64,000 bases of DNA, taken from the IMG/VR virus record IMGVR_UViG_3300032226_000829. One strand, 5' to 3'. A model generated the notes under the pieces. The model was not told the origin of the DNA. It was given only the letters and a program-made list of their open reading frames with translations, and did not search any database. Position 1 is the first letter of the stretch. Every line of letters starts with the position of its first letter. Origin of the DNA: a virus. Lineage: Duplodnaviria > Caudoviricetes. Shown piece after piece: positions 52,721 through 63,460 of the stretch. A program made the position numbers and the translations under genes.

Positions 52721-54125
52721 CGAATATTGGATGAATCCTGAAGATTCACAACTGGGCAAATGGCAGAGAGAAATAGAATCTGTCACAGGCACACCCACCT
52801 ATTGCATATTGCCTTGGATACATTTTGCCACTAGACCCAATGGTGATATGAGGCTGTGTTGTTCAGCCAATGCCAGTGGTGCTGGATCAGATCACACAGT
52901 GGGGATTATTAAAAAAGAAGATGGCACACCTGCCAACTTTGGTGTGGACACTCCCATGAGTGCTTGGAACAATGATTATATGAAAAGTGTGCGTACCACC
53001 ATGCTGAAAGGTCAGATACCTGCCAGTTGTCGCAAGTGTTTTGATGAAGAACGTGTGGGTGTGGTGAGCAAAAGAATATGGGAAACTGGCACATGGCATC
53101 GAGACGGTGTGGATGTGCCTGAACTGATACGTCAAACCCAAGAAGATGGCACAGTGCCTGAAAAATTATTGTATTTGGATCTGCGTTTGGGACACACTTG
53201 TAATATCAAATGTGTGATGTGTTCTCCACATGACAGCAGCAAATGGGTGAATGATTGGCAACAACTGATGCCACAATTACAAAACAAAGAAGTCAAAGAC
53301 CAAATACAATGGGATCGAAAAGAATTCAACAACTTCTGGCATGAAAAAGATACATTCTGGCAGGAAATGTACAAACAAATACCCAATCTCAAACAGGTGT
53401 ATTTTGCTGGTGGTGAACCATTGATGATCAAAGAACACAAAACTTTTATAGAGGAGATCATAAGACAAGGTTATCAAGATCGTATATTGTTGCGTTACAA
53501 TTCCAATGGTATATTAGTGGATGAAGATTTAATCCAGTTATGGAGTAAATTTAAAAAAGTTAAATTTGCTGTGAGCATGGATGCCACACATCAGCGTGAT
53601 GAATACATACGCTTTCCCACACAATGGGACACAGTAGAAAAGAATTTACACATGTTGGACAATACTCCTGACAACATACAAGTGAGTTTAGCCACTGCCA
53701 TACAAATTTTCAATATCAAACACTTGCCTGATTTTATGAAATGGAAAATACAGAGCGGATTTAAAAAATTAAATGTGGGCACTGTGCCTGGTGGAGTACA
53801 AATGGGTGGTGGATTGGTTAACATGCATTTATTATACATACCAACTTTTTTAAGCATACAAATATTACCCCGAGAAGACAAACAACAAATAAGAGAACTG
53901 TTTATGGATTTTAAAGATTGGTTGAGGCACAATTATAGACAGGACGATGATTTTTGGAAAACTAATCCTTATGGATGGAGACGTTGGGAAGCAGTGTTGA
54001 TGCACATGGAAGCCAAAGATAATTCTAGATTGTTGCCAGGCTTTAAAGAATATGTGAACAAATTGGATGCTATCAGAGGATTGAGTGCTGCTAAAATTTT
54101 TCCTGAATTAGCACATCTTTTATAG
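52707..54125 (+). CDS. Radical SAM enzyme with N-terminal twitch-like domain
   Basis: CILPW...LCC...CRKC; CNIKCVMC; GGEPL; GTG start with GGGGAG SD. Confidence 0.9.
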   Translation: MSDHNEYWMNPEDSQLGKWQREIESVTGTPTYCILPWIHFATRPNGDMRLCCSANASGAGSDHTVGIIKKEDGTPANFGVDTPMSAWNNDYMKSVRTTMLKGQIPASCRKCFDEERVGVVSKRIWETGTWHRDGVDVPELIRQTQEDGTVPEKLLYLDLRLGHTCNIKCVMCSPHDSSKWVNDWQQLMPQLQNKEVKDQIQWDRKEFNNFWHEKDTFWQEMYKQIPNLKQVYFAGGEPLMIKEHKTFIEEIIRQGYQDRILLRYNSNGILVDEDLIQLWSKFKKVKFAVSMDATHQRDEYIRFPTQWDTVEKNLHMLDNTPDNIQVSLATAIQIFNIKHLPDFMKWKIQSGFKKLNVGTVPGGVQMGGGLVNMHLLYIPTFLSIQILPREDKQQIRELFMDFKDWLRHNYRQDDDFWKTNPYGWRRWEAVLMHMEAKDNSRLLPGFKEYVNKLDAIRGLSAAKIFPELAHLL

Positions 54126-54783
54126 CCTTAAACACAGCAGCATCACCTTCCGGTCCCATGTGATTCACTGTGAAATGAAATATATCATTCAACCAATGAT
54201 TTTCAAATTTATGTCTAAAAGAATCTGTTCTACAACTGATATAAAACAAAGGTGTACGCATTTCTATTCCATGTTTCCAATCATGTAAAAATTTAATGTC
54301 TTTTAATTCTGCTTTGGGCCAATCATGTATACGTATGTCTCCAAAACTCCAAAGATGTATGATTTTTCCAGATACTTTGCTGAGATATTCATGATCCAAC
54401 CAATATGCTGTGGCTGTGAATTCCATTCTTTCTTTGTTCCAATCACGCAAATGTTCTATGTACATCTGTGCTGCTTTAGATCTAGGATCGTCTTTTTTGT
54501 ATGCTTTAGGACCTGTAAAATCTCCTTTGTGATGATATATTCTGTAAGGTTCGGTCCAGCAGAACACTGTGTAATCTAAATTTTTATATTGATCAAAGTT
54601 TTTTGTGTAATCTATCACTGTGGTCCAATAGCTGGAACCTCCCACTCCATTGTGAACAACTTTGCTGTCCAAATGATCTGCTAATTGTCCCATCCAATTT
54701 TGTTTTTCAGCATAGGAACAAAAACTATCTCCAAAAAATCCTATCTGCTTTTGGGCACCTGTACGTCCGCGATACATACACAT
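54091..54783 (-). CDS. SGNH/GDSL-like protein
   Basis: FFGDSFC, GVGGSS, C-terminal NHM. Confidence 0.55.
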   Translation of the reverse strand: MCMYRGRTGAQKQIGFFGDSFCSYAEKQNWMGQLADHLDSKVVHNGVGGSSYWTTVIDYTKNFDQYKNLDYTVFCWTEPYRIYHHKGDFTGPKAYKKDDPRSKAAQMYIEHLRDWNKERMEFTATAYWLDHEYLSKVSGKIIHLWSFGDIRIHDWPKAELKDIKFLHDWKHGIEMRTPLFYISCRTDSFRHKFENHWLNDIFHFTVNHMGPEGDAAVFKAIKDVLIQEKF

Positions 54784-55721
54784 CTCCTTTGATTACAAAT
54801 GATTGATTTTGTGGGAAATTCAAATTCTTCATTGTATTTTTTTCCAACAAAATTATTTAATTCAACTCTACAGCCTGCTCCCAAATACATGCGTTTGTCA
54901 TAATTTATGTATATTCTATTGATGCCTGCGTCGCATTTGAACCCACTCCAGTCCACAATGTCATGAGTAACTGCCCAATAAGGATCAAAATCTTTGATGC
55001 CTTCCTCAGTGACCATGTACATGTCTCTGTTCAATTTGGAATCCACTCTTGGGCTGATTCTTGTTTGTGCTCTGATAGGAGCTTGAAAAATTTGTTTTTG
55101 TTCTGTAGTGTAAGGATATAAATCTCTTTCTTCTGCAGTGTCTGATTCCCAAGTGTGATGCAAAGGTTTGGCTTGTATGCCCCATTGTTTGTGCTGACTG
55201 TTTTTTAACACTTCTACTATTTCCAAACATCTATTCCAATCGTTGGGCTTCATCATCACATGACAGATGCTGTCGATTTTTTGTTCTATCAGATTATCAC
55301 ACACTGCCACAATGTGATTGGGATCCACAAATTCCGGATGTATGCTGAAATGCACAGCAAAAAAATTTTTAGCATGCTCCTGCCACCAGTGTAATTTTCT
55401 GCTGCCATTGGTAATGGGTATGATATAATTATTGGGTTTGGAATTTATGTAAACACACAACTCGGCAAAATCCTTGTATAGTGTGGGTTCACCCCCACCA
55501 AATTTCCAAATGTAATCTGTGATACCTAGGTTGCTGTAATGATTGTGCAACTTGTCTATGAATGTTTTGCTTTCATCCAAGTTTATCCAAGGAAAACTAT
55601 TGTTGTGCAGTATGGGCAGGCAGTATGAACAATTGTAATTGCAAGTGTTGCCCAGTGTCCATTCAATTTGTAGCACACGATTAAATTCTTTAAATTTATA
55701 ATCTATTTTTTCAATCAGCAT
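54741..55721 (-). CDS. Radical SAM enzyme (SPASM/twitch-like)
   Basis: CNYNCSYC, GGEPT, TNGSR, KCDAG...GCR...CNQRRCVC. Confidence 0.9.
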   Translation of the reverse strand: MLIEKIDYKFKEFNRVLQIEWTLGNTCNYNCSYCLPILHNNSFPWINLDESKTFIDKLHNHYSNLGITDYIWKFGGGEPTLYKDFAELCVYINSKPNNYIIPITNGSRKLHWWQEHAKNFFAVHFSIHPEFVDPNHIVAVCDNLIEQKIDSICHVMMKPNDWNRCLEIVEVLKNSQHKQWGIQAKPLHHTWESDTAEERDLYPYTTEQKQIFQAPIRAQTRISPRVDSKLNRDMYMVTEEGIKDFDPYWAVTHDIVDWSGFKCDAGINRIYINYDKRMYLGAGCRVELNNFVGKKYNEEFEFPTKSIICNQRRCVCIADVQVPKSR

Positions 55722-56622
55722 TGTTCAATTTGGTTATGTTTATGTCTGCAGCACAAGTGCACCATGTGCGAGTGCAGTCAACTGAGGTTGTGGGTTTTAT
55801 AAAAGTGTCTTGATAAATGTTGCCCAAACTGCCACCCACTCTACAAGTAGCTCGGTGAACTTCACCATCCCAATTGATCATTAAACTTTCCACACCAGCC
55901 ATACAACTCCATCCTTGGAATTGATTGGTTTTATTGATCAGCAAATCATTCACATTGCATTCCACTGTGTTGTCTATGAGAGTATTTTTTGGTGGTGTGT
56001 GATTGCTTACTGCCAAAAATTCTTTCTCTTCTTCACTGTAATGAATCATGTCTTCAAAATCATCGTGTGTTTTGGTCCAGCGTATGGGTCTTAATGCATA
56101 GCGTATGCCCGCATCTAAAAGAGCCTTGCAAGCGTCTTTAACGTCTTTTAAACGCCCTGGTAGCATCATCATATGCACTAGAACATTTTTGTTGGCAGAC
56201 TGTGTGTAAACCTTGATAATTGTGTTTATCACCTTCAGCCAATCAGATTCCAAATGCACACTGAACACAATGTGATTGATATAATTTTCCAAAATATTTT
56301 GGTAGAATTCCACAGTTCTGGTACCATTGGTGGTGACATTGATCCAACCAATTTTATTTTTAGCATGTTGTAATAACTGTTCTATGTGTGGATGCACACA
56401 AGGTTCACCGCCAGTCAAACTGATTCTCACATTGGGTATAACGCTCAATGTGTCCACAGTGCGTTTCAGTATTTTTATATCAGTGTGTTCACTGTGATTG
56501 TCATGTATTTCAGCTGGACAATAGCTGCAATCCAAATTGCATCGTTTGCCAAGATTCCATTCCACTTTGACACTGTTTCTGATATGAGGATGTAAATGTT
56601 CTACCTTAAACATAATCAGCAA
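55711..56622 (-). CDS. Radical SAM enzyme (SPASM/twitch-like)
   Basis: CNLDCSYC, GGEPC, TNGTR, WSCMAG...ATC...CTRTWCTC. Confidence 0.9.
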   Translation of the reverse strand: MLIMFKVEHLHPHIRNSVKVEWNLGKRCNLDCSYCPAEIHDNHSEHTDIKILKRTVDTLSVIPNVRISLTGGEPCVHPHIEQLLQHAKNKIGWINVTTNGTRTVEFYQNILENYINHIVFSVHLESDWLKVINTIIKVYTQSANKNVLVHMMMLPGRLKDVKDACKALLDAGIRYALRPIRWTKTHDDFEDMIHYSEEEKEFLAVSNHTPPKNTLIDNTVECNVNDLLINKTNQFQGWSCMAGVESLMINWDGEVHRATCRVGGSLGNIYQDTFIKPTTSVDCTRTWCTCAADINITKLNNAD

Positions 56623-57874
56623 ACTCCGGATTTATTTTTTCAAAAGGTCCTTGATTTCTTGTGATGTCTAATTTACGATTAAAGTCCACACAATCCATCC
56701 AGTATTGATTAAGATCTCTGGCTTTTAAAAAATTAATGTTGTCCTGTATTTGTTGTAGAGTAATTTTTTCCAATATTGGATGCTGTTGGACCAATGCATA
56801 ATCTTTAATTCGAGGTTTCATTGCTTCCAGTTTGTCTATCACTTGATTTTTTAATTTTGCTGGCAACACTTGAGCACTCAATGCTCGGGGATAGTTTACT
56901 CTGTGACTGTAAAACACAATGCCCAAATCATTTAAAAAGTAATCAATCACACGGTCTATTTGCATGATATTGTTGGCTTGCACTGTGAATGCTCCCACTA
57001 TTCTACTCACTGTGGGTATTTGTTTCATTATTTTTATGTTGTTGACCACATCCATAAACTTGCCATTTCCTCGGATATATTCATAAGTGTCAAAGATTCC
57101 ATCAATACTCACATTCACTGCCACACTTTTGAATCGGGGCCAGTAGTCTTGTATGGTTCTTCCACCTTTGATGCCCAACACTGTGCCATTGGTAGCATAT
57201 TTGATTTCAATGTTGGATCCATTTTCACTCAATAGGTCTAATATTTTATAATGTGTGGGATCCATCAGAGGTTCGCCACCAGCAAATTCCACACGTTTAA
57301 AATGAGGAATAAGTTTTTTTAAATTATCCCAAAAATGTGGTTTATCTTCAAACAGATCCACATGCGGCGCCTGTGTCAGACCCAGATCTTCCACTGCTTT
57401 GACCAAGTAATTGTTTTCTTTCTTGTAATGATCCACAATACTGTTCCAGTCTTTCCATTGTGTACTGTCCAATGGATTACACATACGACATTTTAAGTTG
57501 CACAAGTTATTAATTTTGATTTCCATAGTGGGTAATTCAAAAGGCATGGTATAATCTTCTTTTAAACTGTCCAAAGCTGTGGGATATAGATTGATTCTAG
57601 ATTCAGGCATATTATCACTGATGTGTCTTTGTCTCAAACTCTGAACTCCTTGATCTTCCAGATCAAAACAAGGCGCACACACATCAGGTCGTTCATTGTT
57701 CAACACCTGACGTCGCACTTCTTTCATCTTTTCATTGTTCCATGCTTGTTCCATGGTTTCATTTTGTATGTTACTGATGGGTAAACTTCTGCAACACACT
57801 TTGATAGCACCATCTTCTCTGGTGGCCAATCCTGTGAATGGGTGCATACAAAATGTACAGCTTTTATTTTTCAT
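56606..57874 (-). CDS. Radical SAM enzyme with N-terminal twitch-like domain
   Basis: CMHPF...VCC...CAPC; CNLKCRMC; GGEPL. Confidence 0.9.
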   Translation of the reverse strand: MKNKSCTFCMHPFTGLATREDGAIKVCCRSLPISNIQNETMEQAWNNEKMKEVRRQVLNNERPDVCAPCFDLEDQGVQSLRQRHISDNMPESRINLYPTALDSLKEDYTMPFELPTMEIKINNLCNLKCRMCNPLDSTQWKDWNSIVDHYKKENNYLVKAVEDLGLTQAPHVDLFEDKPHFWDNLKKLIPHFKRVEFAGGEPLMDPTHYKILDLLSENGSNIEIKYATNGTVLGIKGGRTIQDYWPRFKSVAVNVSIDGIFDTYEYIRGNGKFMDVVNNIKIMKQIPTVSRIVGAFTVQANNIMQIDRVIDYFLNDLGIVFYSHRVNYPRALSAQVLPAKLKNQVIDKLEAMKPRIKDYALVQQHPILEKITLQQIQDNINFLKARDLNQYWMDCVDFNRKLDITRNQGPFEKINPEFADYV

Positions 57875-58478
57875 TTTTCTTTCCTATAATCATAAATCTT
57901 TTGTATTTTTCTGTTTGTAATTCGCTGGGCTCCACAATAGGATACAGTTTGCTATTGCTCACAAACTGATTCAAATCTTTCATAGGGTTCACATGTTCAG
58001 GAATCACAAAGTCATTGCTTTGGCACACAATAATTTTGTCCTCAGGTATTAGTTTCAACCATTCATTGTATTGTTCTGGCGTTAAATGTTCACACACTGT
58101 GTTAATAATCATGTCATAACGACTGTAATCTTTATAAGTGAGCATGTCTTGAGTAATAGCATGGAATCTACCAGACATTTCATACTGTTTGTTCATGGTG
58201 TTGGCTGTGTTTTCACACTTGCTGTCTATATCCATGCTGGTTATTTGGTTCACATACAGATCACTGTTGAACAAAAGTGTGGCCATCACTCCATACCATC
58301 CACCACAAATTAAAATATCCATGCTGTGTGCTCTGGGTAATTTTTTTAATTGTTCAATCAACCATACTTTGCTGTTGATTTGACCTTTCCAGAAACTTTC
58401 CAATGTACGATATCTGTCATCAGATTGTCTGATAGCATCCATCCAAAATAAAACGTCTTGTATATTAATTTTCAACAA
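57864..58478 (-). CDS. Class I SAM-dependent methyltransferase
   Basis: ILICGGWYG motif I, DID, QDM, INTVCEH. Confidence 0.75.
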   Translation of the reverse strand: MLKINIQDVLFWMDAIRQSDDRYRTLESFWKGQINSKVWLIEQLKKLPRAHSMDILICGGWYGVMATLLFNSDLYVNQITSMDIDSKCENTANTMNKQYEMSGRFHAITQDMLTYKDYSRYDMIINTVCEHLTPEQYNEWLKLIPEDKIIVCQSNDFVIPEHVNPMKDLNQFVSNSKLYPIVEPSELQTEKYKRFMIIGKKNEK

Positions 58479-59454
58479 ATTGTGCTCCTAGTTTATCAAA
58501 TGAACCACACTGCTTGGTGCATTCTTTCAATCCCACTGTGCTCCATTGTGTTTCTATTTTTGAAAAAAATCCATTATCAAATATTTCTTTCAATGTTTCG
58601 CGATGTAAGTTGGGAAATTCAGAAATTTTTTCCATATAATCCACTCTAGATTCTTGCATGGGTGGTATCCATTCCATATCCAACCAACAGCAAGGCGACA
58701 CATTACCACAAGCACTCACATACAACTGTTTGTATTTTTGTGCTTTGCACACAATGTGTGGTTTAACTTCTTTTTGTGCTGCTTCAGACAACGGAATCAT
58801 ATTCAAACTGGTTTGAGTGGGTTTGATTCTGTGTGTGGGTCTACCCATATCATCAATCACTTGTAAATAATCCTGTTTGAATCTAGAAGTGTGTTTGATT
58901 GAGAAATCCGCAAAGCCCATTTGTTTACTCATAGTTCTTGCTTCTTCAATTTGGTGTTCATTGTGATCAAACACCAGCATGTGCCATTTGGCCACTCCAC
59001 CTGCTGAGATAAATGCTCGAGCATTTTCAATTATTTTATTGAAATCTGTACTGATTCTATAAAGATGATGGGTATCTGCCAAACCATCAATGCCAAATGT
59101 CACTTTTACTTTCAATTGAGCCAATCTTTGCCACCATTCGGTATCTCTAGCACTGCCGTTGGTGTGCATGGCTAATCTAATGTTGGGATTTAGCTCACGC
59201 AAGTATTGATATATTTCCAATGTGTCTTTGGATATGATGGGATCTCCCAAGTTACCACACATGAATAAACTGTCCAATTGTTTTATAAAATCTGGTTCAA
59301 ACCATTGTTTGAATACGCCCAAAGTTATTTCGTCCAATTTGATAAATGGATTTATTGGTCCTCCACTGATTCTTCTGGGACACATGGGACACTTGGCTTG
59401 ACACTTGCTGGTGATTTCCAAATGAATATCTCTTATATCTTGATATCTATACAT
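58465..59454 (-). CDS. Radical SAM enzyme with C-terminal SPASM-like domain
   Basis: CQAKCPMC, GNLGDP, TNGS, CKAQ...PCCW...CTKQC. Confidence 0.9.
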   Translation of the reverse strand: MYRYQDIRDIHLEITSKCQAKCPMCPRRISGGPINPFIKLDEITLGVFKQWFEPDFIKQLDSLFMCGNLGDPIISKDTLEIYQYLRELNPNIRLAMHTNGSARDTEWWQRLAQLKVKVTFGIDGLADTHHLYRISTDFNKIIENARAFISAGGVAKWHMLVFDHNEHQIEEARTMSKQMGFADFSIKHTSRFKQDYLQVIDDMGRPTHRIKPTQTSLNMIPLSEAAQKEVKPHIVCKAQKYKQLYVSACGNVSPCCWLDMEWIPPMQESRVDYMEKISEFPNLHRETLKEIFDNGFFSKIETQWSTVGLKECTKQCGSFDKLGAQFVEN

Positions 59455-60448
59455 GTTTGGCCTTGGGTATTTTTGAATCTGCTGAACTCACACAAGTGGG
59501 AGTCACACAAACTCTTGGTTTATCAAACAATTTAAATCCTTGTTCTATGCTGCCCAGTGGTTCATCATGACAACTGTAACTGCGTTTGACTTCTCCGCCT
59601 GGTTCTCTGATGATACAACTTTGATATCCAGCATTACAGTGCCATCCTTTAAACTTGTTGAAGCCAAAAGCATTGAATCGCTCTGCTTGATCCATGTAAT
59701 ACTTGTTGCCTTGAGCATCCTGCATCTCAATTTGAAACAAGTCTTTGTAGTTTTCACCTTCCTGTATGCGTTGTGGGAACCCTGTTTGTAAAATGTTCAG
59801 TTGATCTCGAGTATAACCTTCAATAATAAAACTTGCTGTGGGATCACTCTGTGGTTTTAGTGTGACATTGATGCCTCTGGAATTAAATCTTGCGCATCTG
59901 TCATAGTATTCTGTGAATCTATCAGGCACCATCACTTGATTGATTGTGACAAACACATTGTGCTTCATTAACAGCAATATTTTATCTCCAAATTTTTGTT
60001 CATCAGCAAATTCAGCATGAAAACTTGCAGTGATGCTGCGACGGTTCAATGTTTTTGTGGCTTCCAACCATCGCTCCCACCATTTTTCTGAAGGACTTAG
60101 GTTGGTGGTCATGTGAATACTCTGATATTCAGGAGCAGTATCAGCACTGTAGTGCTGTACCAATTGTAAAAAATCTTTGTAGGCAGTGGGTTCTCCACCT
60201 GAAAAACTAAAATGATAGTCAGTGAATCCATTCAACCTGGCCTGGCGTTTGATTTCATCCACCACTTGTGTGTAAACTGACAGTGGTCTGTGATCTTTCT
60301 GTTTGCTTTTGGCATAAGGCCAGCAGTAAGAACAATCATAGTTGCAAAAACGAGCCAAGATCCAACTCACAGAAAACAATTTGCTGTTCAACATGGTGCG
60401 TTGACCAAAGTTTATGATTTTATCAAATGGAATGTTAGAATCTATCAT
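59447..60448 (-). CDS. Radical SAM enzyme (333 aa; start reassigned)
   Basis: CNYDCSYC, GGEPT, WHCNAG...YSC...CVTPTC; GGAG SD before ATG 60448. Confidence 0.9.
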   Translation of the reverse strand: MIDSNIPFDKIINFGQRTMLNSKLFSVSWILARFCNYDCSYCWPYAKSKQKDHRPLSVYTQVVDEIKRQARLNGFTDYHFSFSGGEPTAYKDFLQLVQHYSADTAPEYQSIHMTTNLSPSEKWWERWLEATKTLNRRSITASFHAEFADEQKFGDKILLLMKHNVFVTINQVMVPDRFTEYYDRCARFNSRGINVTLKPQSDPTASFIIEGYTRDQLNILQTGFPQRIQEGENYKDLFQIEMQDAQGNKYYMDQAERFNAFGFNKFKGWHCNAGYQSCIIREPGGEVKRSYSCHDEPLGSIEQGFKLFDKPRVCVTPTCVSSADSKIPKAKHV

Positions 60449-61152
60449 AGTATTTCTTTCTCCATGTGTGGAAATTGTCCCACAAACGCCAATCGCAACC
60501 ATTCAAAATTATTGATCATTCTTAAAGCATCTGAATTACTTCTGTTGTCTGTGCCATACACTCTGCCTGCCAGTGCTCCAGCAATGGCATATTCTCCATA
60601 TGGTTGATCTGCACCTACTGTGCACCAAATCAATAATCTTTTTTCAGTTTCTTTGTCTTCTTGACGATCGATCACTTTGCTGCTGAGTTTGACACACTCT
60701 CTGAAAGCACTTTTCCATGTGTTGAATGGATCTGTGTTGAAATCTGTGCTGTTGGATACTTCATGCATGGCTCTAAATCTATTGGATATGCTGGTGGTCA
60801 TGTCTATTCTGTTGGGATCCATATGCATGGTTAATTTTTTAGGCAATAATTTTACTCCACCGTAACCATATTCCAGTTCATTGATAGGATTTCGACTTCT
60901 CCACACATGCACAGCATCCATATCTTTATCAGGCACTTCATAGTCAAACATAAAGTTGTGTTCAATCACTGCATCACCATCCACCACCCAAAACATTTTA
61001 GTCAAACTCTGAGTGGCAGCTTTGATATGTGCCTGTTGAATGCCTTTTACTCCGTGAACTCTTTGCGCCAATGGAAATCTTTGTTTCAATAGAGCATAAT
61101 TTTGATCTGCATTGGGTTCATTGTAACTGATAAAAAATATATCGTGCATCAT
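60445..61152 (-). CDS. GT-A (GT2-like) glycosyltransferase
   Basis: FFISYNEP, AH..AA, WVVDGDA (DxD), GYGGVKL, WKSAFRE. Confidence 0.7.
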   Translation of the reverse strand: MMHDIFFISYNEPNADQNYALLKQRFPLAQRVHGVKGIQQAHIKAATQSLTKMFWVVDGDAVIEHNFMFDYEVPDKDMDAVHVWRSRNPINELEYGYGGVKLLPKKLTMHMDPNRIDMTTSISNRFRAMHEVSNSTDFNTDPFNTWKSAFRECVKLSSKVIDRQEDKETEKRLLIWCTVGADQPYGEYAIAGALAGRVYGTDNRSNSDALRMINNFEWLRLAFVGQFPHMEKEIL

Positions 61153-62057
61153 ACAGTCTTTCTTATGGTTCTGGGTGAATTAATATATACCTTTTTAAAA
61201 AATTCACTGCTTTCTGCATCGTAGGGTTCCGTAGGAAACTCCATTTGGAATCGTTCTTTGATAGTTTTACCCAGAGAGATACATTTTTGTTTGGCATCTT
61301 GTGCATTCATGCTGTTGCTGTTGCTGGTGCTGATCCATAATTGTTCTAAAACTTTAAAATCTCTCACTTGTTTGAAATCCCATTGGGTGCAAAGTGTTCT
61401 GTAACAGCCTTCTCTGGCTCCTGCAATGGCCCAAATGCCATGTTCCACATCCTGACCCACAGTCATCCAGATCAATAATCTGTGATAATTCTGCCACCAC
61501 AGTTGATCCAACGACTGTATTTTAAAATTTTTATACAAACTCATCTTAACACCTTCTCTAAATCCAGCTCTCCATGCTTGTTTGGGTGTGCTGTTGATGT
61601 AACTGGTGGAATAGTTTTCATTGAATTGAAACAGTTTATCAAAATAACAAAATTCTATCTCATTATTATCCTTACCAGAAAAATTTTCATGTGTTTTCAT
61701 CTCATTCACAAAAGTTTTGGTCCATAATTTTAAACTGCCATTGCCATACTTTAATCCATTCACGTTGGTATGTCCACACCAGCTGAAAATATATGTGTGG
61801 TCCATGCCCATGCTGTTTAGATCCAGTTGAATATTGAGAAATTTAGGATCTAGTTGTGTGTCTCCGTCCACAGTTAAAAAATATTCTGTGTCAGACACAG
61901 CAGCACAGGCTTTGTGTGCAGCATCTGATCCTTCCACGCCGTGAACTCTTTTGGCCCAAGGTATTTTTCTTTTTAAATCTGCATAATTTCTATCAGCATT
62001 GGGCTCATCAAAGCTCAAAAATACCACATCGCAATCTTTAATAGCAATCTTATGCAT
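61149..62057 (-). CDS. GT-A glycosyltransferase, paralog of 60445 (302 aa; start reassigned)
   Basis: VFLSFDEP, AHKACA, TVDGDT, YGNGSLKL, WRAGFRE. Confidence 0.7.
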   Translation of the reverse strand: MHKIAIKDCDVVFLSFDEPNADRNYADLKRKIPWAKRVHGVEGSDAAHKACAAVSDTEYFLTVDGDTQLDPKFLNIQLDLNSMGMDHTYIFSWCGHTNVNGLKYGNGSLKLWTKTFVNEMKTHENFSGKDNNEIEFCYFDKLFQFNENYSTSYINSTPKQAWRAGFREGVKMSLYKNFKIQSLDQLWWQNYHRLLIWMTVGQDVEHGIWAIAGAREGCYRTLCTQWDFKQVRDFKVLEQLWISTSNSNSMNAQDAKQKCISLGKTIKERFQMEFPTEPYDAESSEFFKKVYINSPRTIRKTV

Positions 62058-62628
62058 GAATCCTTTCAATAGAATAATCAAAAGTTTTTCTACAGTAAAT
62101 GTCCATGTTTGTCTCGGCATTCACATTGATCTGCACACTATCTTGAGTGAGCAGTTCATAAAGATTCAAATCTAATATTTTAATCAGTTGTGTGGCATCG
62201 TTGGATTTGCAACAATAAAACTTGTGGTTACGATGATTTTCTTTGGAAACTATGGTTTCTAAAGTTTTTTTAAATGTTTTGTCTGCTGTGAATTCAACTT
62301 TGTTTTGATTCAAATGTAATTTTATTTGTATGCCACTGTGATTTTTAATTTTATTGGGAATTTTATAAACGTTGTGATTAATTGTTTCAGTTTTTTTAGA
62401 ATGAATCACATTTTCCACTGAGTTTAATACTCCATCTTTTTGAATTTGATATTGACCATTGAGATATATCACTTTGTACTTGTGTATGGACTCTGTACCC
62501 ATAATAAATTTTTCACCCAAAGCAGTGTCTATGGCTAGACTGTTGTTGTTTTGGCTGCCTGAACAACCTAAGATTTTTCCTGATTCTGGGTCAAATGTTA
62601 CGTACATATGGTTATTGGGTTGATTCAT
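62050..62628 (-). CDS. Hypothetical protein (192 aa; start reassigned)
   Basis: Coupled ORF between GT genes. Confidence 0.65.
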   Translation of the reverse strand: MNQPNNHMYVTFDPESGKILGCSGSQNNNSLAIDTALGEKFIMGTESIHKYKVIYLNGQYQIQKDGVLNSVENVIHSKKTETINHNVYKIPNKIKNHSGIQIKLHLNQNKVEFTADKTFKKTLETIVSKENHRNHKFYCCKSNDATQLIKILDLNLYELLTQDSVQINVNAETNMDIYCRKTFDYSIERIHA

Positions 62629-63460
62629 AATATTTTTTTTTAATGATTGCAAACAGTTCATCAGTTAAGAATTCATTTTCCACATAATGCAACACTCCTC
62701 GTTGACGAAAATTATCAATTTTTATATAACCTTCCATGTCATGATACACATTTACTTTTTTCATCCAGTGATCCGGCACTGTTTTCCAGTCTTGCAGATA
62801 AGGTTTCATATGAGTGAACGTGATGTAAGGTGTTCGGCTGGTAATTTTTTCAGTGATACCTAATAATTTACTGGCCAGTGCCACACTCACATCCATACTG
62901 CACCATTTTTGAGTGTGTTTGGGAGTGAATCTATTATAGAACAATGTGTAATTTCTCACTATGTCTCGTAAAAGTTCTACAAACTGATCATTTTCTTTGC
63001 ATCTTTGATAGTAATGCACACCACAATAAAGGTTGGGCAGACTATTGCTTGTGAAAGTTTTGCGATAGTGATCATTGTGATTGAATTCATCTCTATAATT
63101 TTTAACTGCACTGGTAAAATACATTTTATAATTTTTTAAAAACTTCCACCAATGACTGATATCACTCAACACCAACATGTCTGCATCCAATATTATTGAA
63201 TGTTTGAAAGGAGTGGCTGTGTAAATTTTATATCTGTTCTGTATTTTCCAATCCTGATCCACTGCTTCATCCATGCCAGGAATATCCACCACGTGATCAA
63301 ACACTGCAGACACAGTTTTTGTGATGTTAACATTTGTGATCAAACACACTTTGCTGTGAGGCATGTGCGTTTTGATACTCATGGCCAATGCATGTGCCTG
63401 TCTCACATAATCCACTTGCTCATTTTGCTGTACAAACACACAGAACCCTTGTTCTATCAT
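62612..63460 (-). CDS. GT8-like glycosyltransferase
   Basis: ALAMSIK, KYK-like RYK, IILDADML (DxD), FTHMK, HY. Confidence 0.7.
   Translation of the reverse strand: MIEQGFCVFVQQNEQVDYVRQAHALAMSIKTHMPHSKVCLITNVNITKTVSAVFDHVVDIPGMDEAVDQDWKIQNRYKIYTATPFKHSIILDADMLVLSDISHWWKFLKNYKMYFTSAVKNYRDEFNHNDHYRKTFTSNSLPNLYCGVHYYQRCKENDQFVELLRDIVRNYTLFYNRFTPKHTQKWCSMDVSVALASKLLGITEKITSRTPYITFTHMKPYLQDWKTVPDHWMKKVNVYHDMEGYIKIDNFRQRGVLHYVENEFLTDELFAIIKKKYYESTQ

Noticed and set aside
39385-60448. Classical RiPP cluster (rSAM/SPASM maturases)
   Set aside because: Genes abut or overlap, leaving no precursor ORF in the island; no RRE, transporter or protease seen. A distant precursor cannot be excluded
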